DNA from: Ramazzottius varieornatus
Lineage: Eukaryota > Animalia > Tardigrada
Direction: 5' to 3'
DNA length: 64,000 nt
NCBI GenBank assembly: GCA_001949185.1
Contig: BDGG01000004.1
Location: 4,621,777 to 4,685,776 of the forward strand
Part shown: piece by piece, positions 59,091-64,000 of the stretch
How positions within the stretch are numbered: position 1 is the first letter of the stretch
Layout of the letters: every line of letters starts with the position of its first letter
Notes under the pieces: model-generated
Seen by the model: the letters and a program-made list of their open reading frames with translations, nothing else
What the model was told of the DNA's origin: nothing
The model's database searches: none
Position numbers and translations under genes: made by a program

Positions 59091-61701
59091 TTATTCCGCA
59101 TTGTCTTTCCGTAACTTCTTTGCGGCATACCTGCAACTTCAGCTCAATTAGTTTATGCAGAACGGTTTGATGTTCCCTCATCGTAAGTTACTTACATGTT
59201 GGCTTCTTCCTGGGCCTTGCCAATATTCTTCTTATATCTGATCCGCTTGTTACCGAACCAGTTCGAAATCTACGGGAAACAAAAAGACCTAAAAAGTGCC
59301 GAATTTGAAAGACTTATAGAGCAGATAGAACGTACCTGACTAACGGTGATGCCGCATTTCCTGTAGAAAGAAAGCCCATTTTCATTCGGTAAGGAACCCG
59401 AATAAGAAAACTGGCAGTAAGCATATCAAAATTTTCATCTGACCTGGCCAACTCCTCTTTGGCTTCTTCACTGGGGTAAGGGTTGCTGAGGTGCGAGTAA
59501 AAATACTCATTGAGCACTTCCGTTGCTGTCTTGCTGAAGTTGCGCCGTTTCCTCCTGTAATTATATAGTCCTCTTACCGGTCGGCGCACAACGACCAGCC
59601 TTTTGAGCTGGTTACCTTGCATCAAGAAAGCGAGAACGAAGAATCATAACCGCCTCGCAGGTTGACTGTTTCAGTTGCATCTGTATGGAGCTGAACTTCT
59701 TATGGATGATGTTGACCATCCGTTCGATCTCTTTGGGGCTGATGGGACGAGTGCGTCCTTGCTCGTTCAGCAGGTTGAGAACGTGGTTGGTGAATTCACT
59801 GCAAGCCTATAACAGAAAAAACATACCCATGGGCAACCTTGTGAGACTTTGTGATGGAGTTCCGCCGTCCGGCCGCGATACCAAGTACCTGTTCATATTT
59901 CTCCAGTTCCGTCTGGTAAATCTGCCTTATTTGCGCCAGTTTGTTTCGGTACTCGGAATGCTCAATAGGCGAGCCGAAGTCCGAGCCGGGAGAGGCTCGA
60001 GAACTTGCACTAACGCCGGCAGCAACCATTGCGTTCGCTGCCGCACTACCGGCTTTCTCCGGTCCCGCCACACCTGCTAACACATCCGTCATGTTGATGT
60101 ACCGCAGAATGTAACCAGCTCAAACTCGGAAAACAAACTCGATAAGATTGTCTTCCCCAGCGGCCTATGTTCTCATTGTTGTGGGCTGGAAGCGTGCGCC
60201 ACTTCGAAAAACGATCTTGACGAGTTTGTTTGCCGAGTTTCCAATGAAACATGCCTTCAGCAATAAGCATGTTATCCAGCCGTACTATCTGCGGATCCGG
60301 CGGTTCTTCCTCCTGTGTGTTTCGCAGCGCGAGAGCTACAAAACGAAAACGTATTAGGCACTATTACTAACGTCAGAAAGTCGCAGATGATCGACTCAGA
60401 AACACCGTACTGTACTGCTGCATGAATTTGGCGAATGGCGTCACGGCGAGCATATGCTGTATGCGTCATCATACCCGTGAACTTCACACTGACTATGACG
60501 TCAGTTCGCCAAGTTCATGAAGCATTGCAGTATGTAAGATTGTCCTCATGCATGCCATATCCTAGAGCGAAAGAAACGTCTAAACGGGATATTATATCAG
60601 ACTGGACAAAGCGCCGCCGGGCATGACTTCGTTTTCATATGGCAAATTTCTTGTTACGGTAGTCAGTTTTGTATTTTTAATGGATGTAATGGTTGCGGGT
60701 GTACTCTACAGACAAAGAAATCTGGCAGTCTGTCAATCAGTCAAATGGTTTTGTCGTTTTTGTTACCCGTAAGAAAACTGCCGAATTTTCGCTAGCGTAA
60801 ACCCACGGTTATGAATAGAAGGTCACCGCCGTTGACGACCGGGACTTAACCGCGACAGGAAGATTCAAAGCTACCTGAAGTCTTGTGTGGTGGGAGAGCT
60901 TGATGGTTAATGGTGATGGATGAGCGGCTTCGTGACTTGACATAATTACCTTCAACTCTGCAAAGCCCTCATCCGTTTCGTCAATGTGGACGACAAGCGT
61001 CAACAAAGCAAACACCGTAAAACTTTTAAAACTCGAAAAACTTGCTAGATTCCCACATCCTATTCATTATTATATCTACCCTTTCGATGCACAATCATCT
61101 ACAAATTCCGACTGCTATTTTATTTACCTGTTCGATCTTTAATTTCCATCAGAACTTGGTAGAGCGCAGGCTTCATGCTGTGACTGTTCAGCGCTTGTTT
61201 CCTGCAAGAAAAAAGTGGCGATTTATTCAGTCAGAAATCTTTCCCTTAGTGGTAAGGCAACACACGGAACTAAGGAAGGACACAAGATGACGACGCTGAT
61301 CAAATTTCACTTCCTTTGTCACAAGTGCATCTTCCACTTGAGCGGTCAGACAAGCCTCTTCGACCCAATACAAATTCCGCGTTGCGTTCCACAGAACTTT
61401 CCACAAGTCGCAGAAATGCCAGCGACTTCCGGTGAAAGGTACCCTATAGTGCATGAGAAGAGGAATATGGCGCCCCTACTTACCGACTTTGGGCTTCATC
61501 CAGACTCTGCGTCGATATGTTCATGATCTGCTGCAGAACGTTCGCGTAATCCATGGGGGTTTTGGCGTAGTCTGGCCTTGAGAGCGACGGTGAGGAACTG
61601 CTGGTACTGCTGGCAACGAACATGGCAGCGTTGGAAGGAAGAGCATATTGACCAGAAGAGGCATCGCTATACGATGGCGAGAAATAGTTGTGGTTCTCCA
61701 T
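59091..61701 (-). CDS. exd: Extradenticle/PBX paralog 1 (canonical)
   Basis: [157 protein letters not shown]. Confidence 0.96.
60122..60243. repeat. Family A intronic palindromic element (exd paralog 1, GC-AG intron)
   Basis: AAACTCGGAAAACAAACTCGATAAGATTG...GTGCGCCACTT..AACGATCTTGACGAGTTTGTTTGCCGAGTTTCCA. Confidence 0.85.
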
Positions 61702-63279
61702 TCTCCCTCGTTTCCCAGTCCAAAGTCTTTCCAGTTAACCTTCAAGGCTCAGCTACGAAGAAATCAAAGGATCATGTTAGGACAGGTATGCAAATGGGCA
61801 AAATGAACGAACATACAGCACACTCTTGTCCATTTTATAAGATTTGTCTTGTTCAATGCATGGGCTATTTTCGATGCTGGTCAGGGTTACAACTTGTGGT
61901 TTGGCTTACTAACTTGTGAGTCGAGCTGTTGGAGAAGTAACGTGAGAGCCTCGAGGCTGCGCTACATGTTGAGGTAGAGGAGGAGATGTTGTCATCTTGG
62001 TCTGCAAAGAGAACATAGAGCTGCATGCCTTTACTATGCGCACATAGACGGAACTGATTTTGTACGAATTGCCGTGATCGCCTGCACTTACCCACACAGC
62101 CGTACGTTCGCAAGAGTATCCTCCGCAGCATCCCAGATTCCACCATGCGTCAAGTTTGATATAACTTGAAAGCGTATGCAGAATTCCAGTCAACCGATCG
62201 ATTTCAAACTTTCAGCTGCTAGTCCCCTCAGCTTCGGCTTCGACTGCCTCAGTTCATCCATTCCCTATCCCTTAACAGCGACAAGCCTGGTCCACTTCTC
62301 CTCAGCTTTGGTGTGATCCAACAAACATTTCAGAGCCGGTCTAATATGTGGTCGACCTCAAGGTACACACTTGCAAAATTAGGAACAAACTAACGCGCCG
62401 GAAGTAGAAACATCAAAAGTCTAAATTCGAAGAGTTCGAACAATCGAATTCCGCGGCATTTTCCCTGTTTCCGATTTGACCCCGGCCCCTGAAATATACT
62501 AGGGGGCTCCTCTGGTGCCTGGCGCCTAATCAATCAAGATCAAAAACTAATCAAATGCAAAGAATATTTTTGCCTGGTCATTCCCGGATTCTGCAACCAT
62601 AACATTATGGAGATTAACTTAAGTTGCCACTCCCGTTCAGTTTGCAACTGTAGCTACAGCCTCGCTCCGCCCCTTTCGTGACATGTAACTACATTTTGCT
62701 TTCCGGAGCTCCCCTTATTTTCGAAAAATAGCGTAATCGGAGTAATGTTATTTTACTATGCAATTAAGATGTGCTAATGTTAAGTCTACGTGATCAGCTG
62801 ACTGCAAGTAAAATCAATTATCGCTGACGAACTTCAATTATTGTAATTAAAATTCGATCTGCTATTATGAATCAATCAATCAAGCGAACACCAACCCGCA
62901 CAATTAAAACGATTTTAATTCTTAAAATCGATTTCCTTTTATAATGGTTAAAATAACACTGAATCGGAATACGGTTGGCTAGCATTGGGAAGCATGGTGG
63001 CTGCCCAACTATTCAAAGTTCTGATCAGCTGCTGCGCTTATGAGTGACGTTGCAACTTATCTTAGCTACAGTGGGACTTTCATCTGGCGGTGGTAACTCA
63101 ATGTCTGTATTCTCTCCTCTCATCTTTGTCAAACATCTAGCCACAGACAGTGCTTTCGATTTGGTTGTCTTTCTGAAGATCAGCCAGCGGAGCTACTGGA
63201 GTAAGGGACGAGCGGCGCATCACGCAGTGGACTACAGAGGCTCCTTCTTGCTGGATTTCATCCGAAGCGGCCATCGAAA

Positions 63280-64000
63280 ATGGTAAGATGACGGACAGCA
63301 GTGTTACCGAAATCCTATCCTGACTAGCAGTTGTCTTTTACAGTCGCGGCGCTTTGATACGCGAACCACCATCTTCTCGCCAGAAGGTAAAGAGACTGAA
63401 CAGTGGCATATCGCAATGAAGTCGCAGCGGTGGAACGTGTGTCCTAGATTGTCTTCTTGTCTAGGTCGGCTGTACCAGGTGGAATATGCTATGGAAGCGA
63501 TTGGTCAGGCTGGAACGTGCCTTGGCATTTTAGCGATCGATGGAGTGGTCTTGGCTGGAGAACGTCCGGCCACAAACAAGCTGCTGGATGACACAGTCTT
63601 CCGATCGGAGAAAATATACAAACTCAACGAGTAAGTTCGAAAGCTCTGGCGATTCCGGTCTAATGTCTTTGCAATTAGGCAAAATGAATATCCTCTTTGC
63701 TTACAGAGATATGGCATGCAGCGTTGCCGGAATCACTTCGGATGCCAATGTGCTTATCAATAATCTACGCCTTAGCGCCCAAAGGTATATAGCTCGAAGT
63801 CTTCGGTATCTTACGATTCCCGAGCTGAATCTGTCGGTATCTGGTTCCACTGCCTATCTCACCAAGGAGCACCATAGTTGCGGCGTTAAGCTACATCACT
63901 TCTCTGTTTTATTTTTCTAGATATGCATTGGCATACGGAGAACCTATTCCTTGCGAGCAGTTGGTTACTCAGCTTTGTGATGTTAAACAGGCCTACACAC
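63280..64000 (+). CDS. PSMA4: Proteasome subunit alpha type-4 (alpha3), 5' part; runs off window end
   Basis: ATG-only first exon, then [73 protein letters not shown]. Confidence 0.95.

Noticed and set aside
844-63282. PSMA1 and PSMA4 at opposite ends of the window, both with ATG-only first coding exons, as a proteasome cluster
   Set aside because: They are 62 kb and about 15 unrelated genes apart, and as I recall an intron right after the ATG also occurs in other animals' alpha-subunit genes.

Overview
Eukaryotic, gene-dense animal DNA with many very short (about 55-90 nt) GT-AG introns. This is compatible with a compact invertebrate genome such as a tardigrade, but that assignment is inference only. 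Genes read by splicing ORF fragments by eye, in order: PSMA1 (partial), iRhom/RHBDF, Rab1, an RRM-like protein, a secreted chitin-binding protein, CTDNEP1, DLG5, a macin/defensin-like peptide, PFDN6, myosin IX, TRMT44, an orphan ORF, a Nedx/lms homeobox gene, a PXYLP1-like acid phosphatase, a divergent septin, two tandem extradenticle/PBX paralogs, and PSMA4 (partial). The most striking non-genic signal is a family of about 24 palindromic elements of about 120 bp (core CCAAGTGGCGCAC-N~25-GTGCGCCACTTGG). I found them only inside inferred introns, usually one per intron, and several copies carry arm-to-arm compensatory substitutions. There are also a two-copy Tc1-like MITE and a mariner-like foldback of about 410 bp. 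Exon boundaries are manual and approximate.
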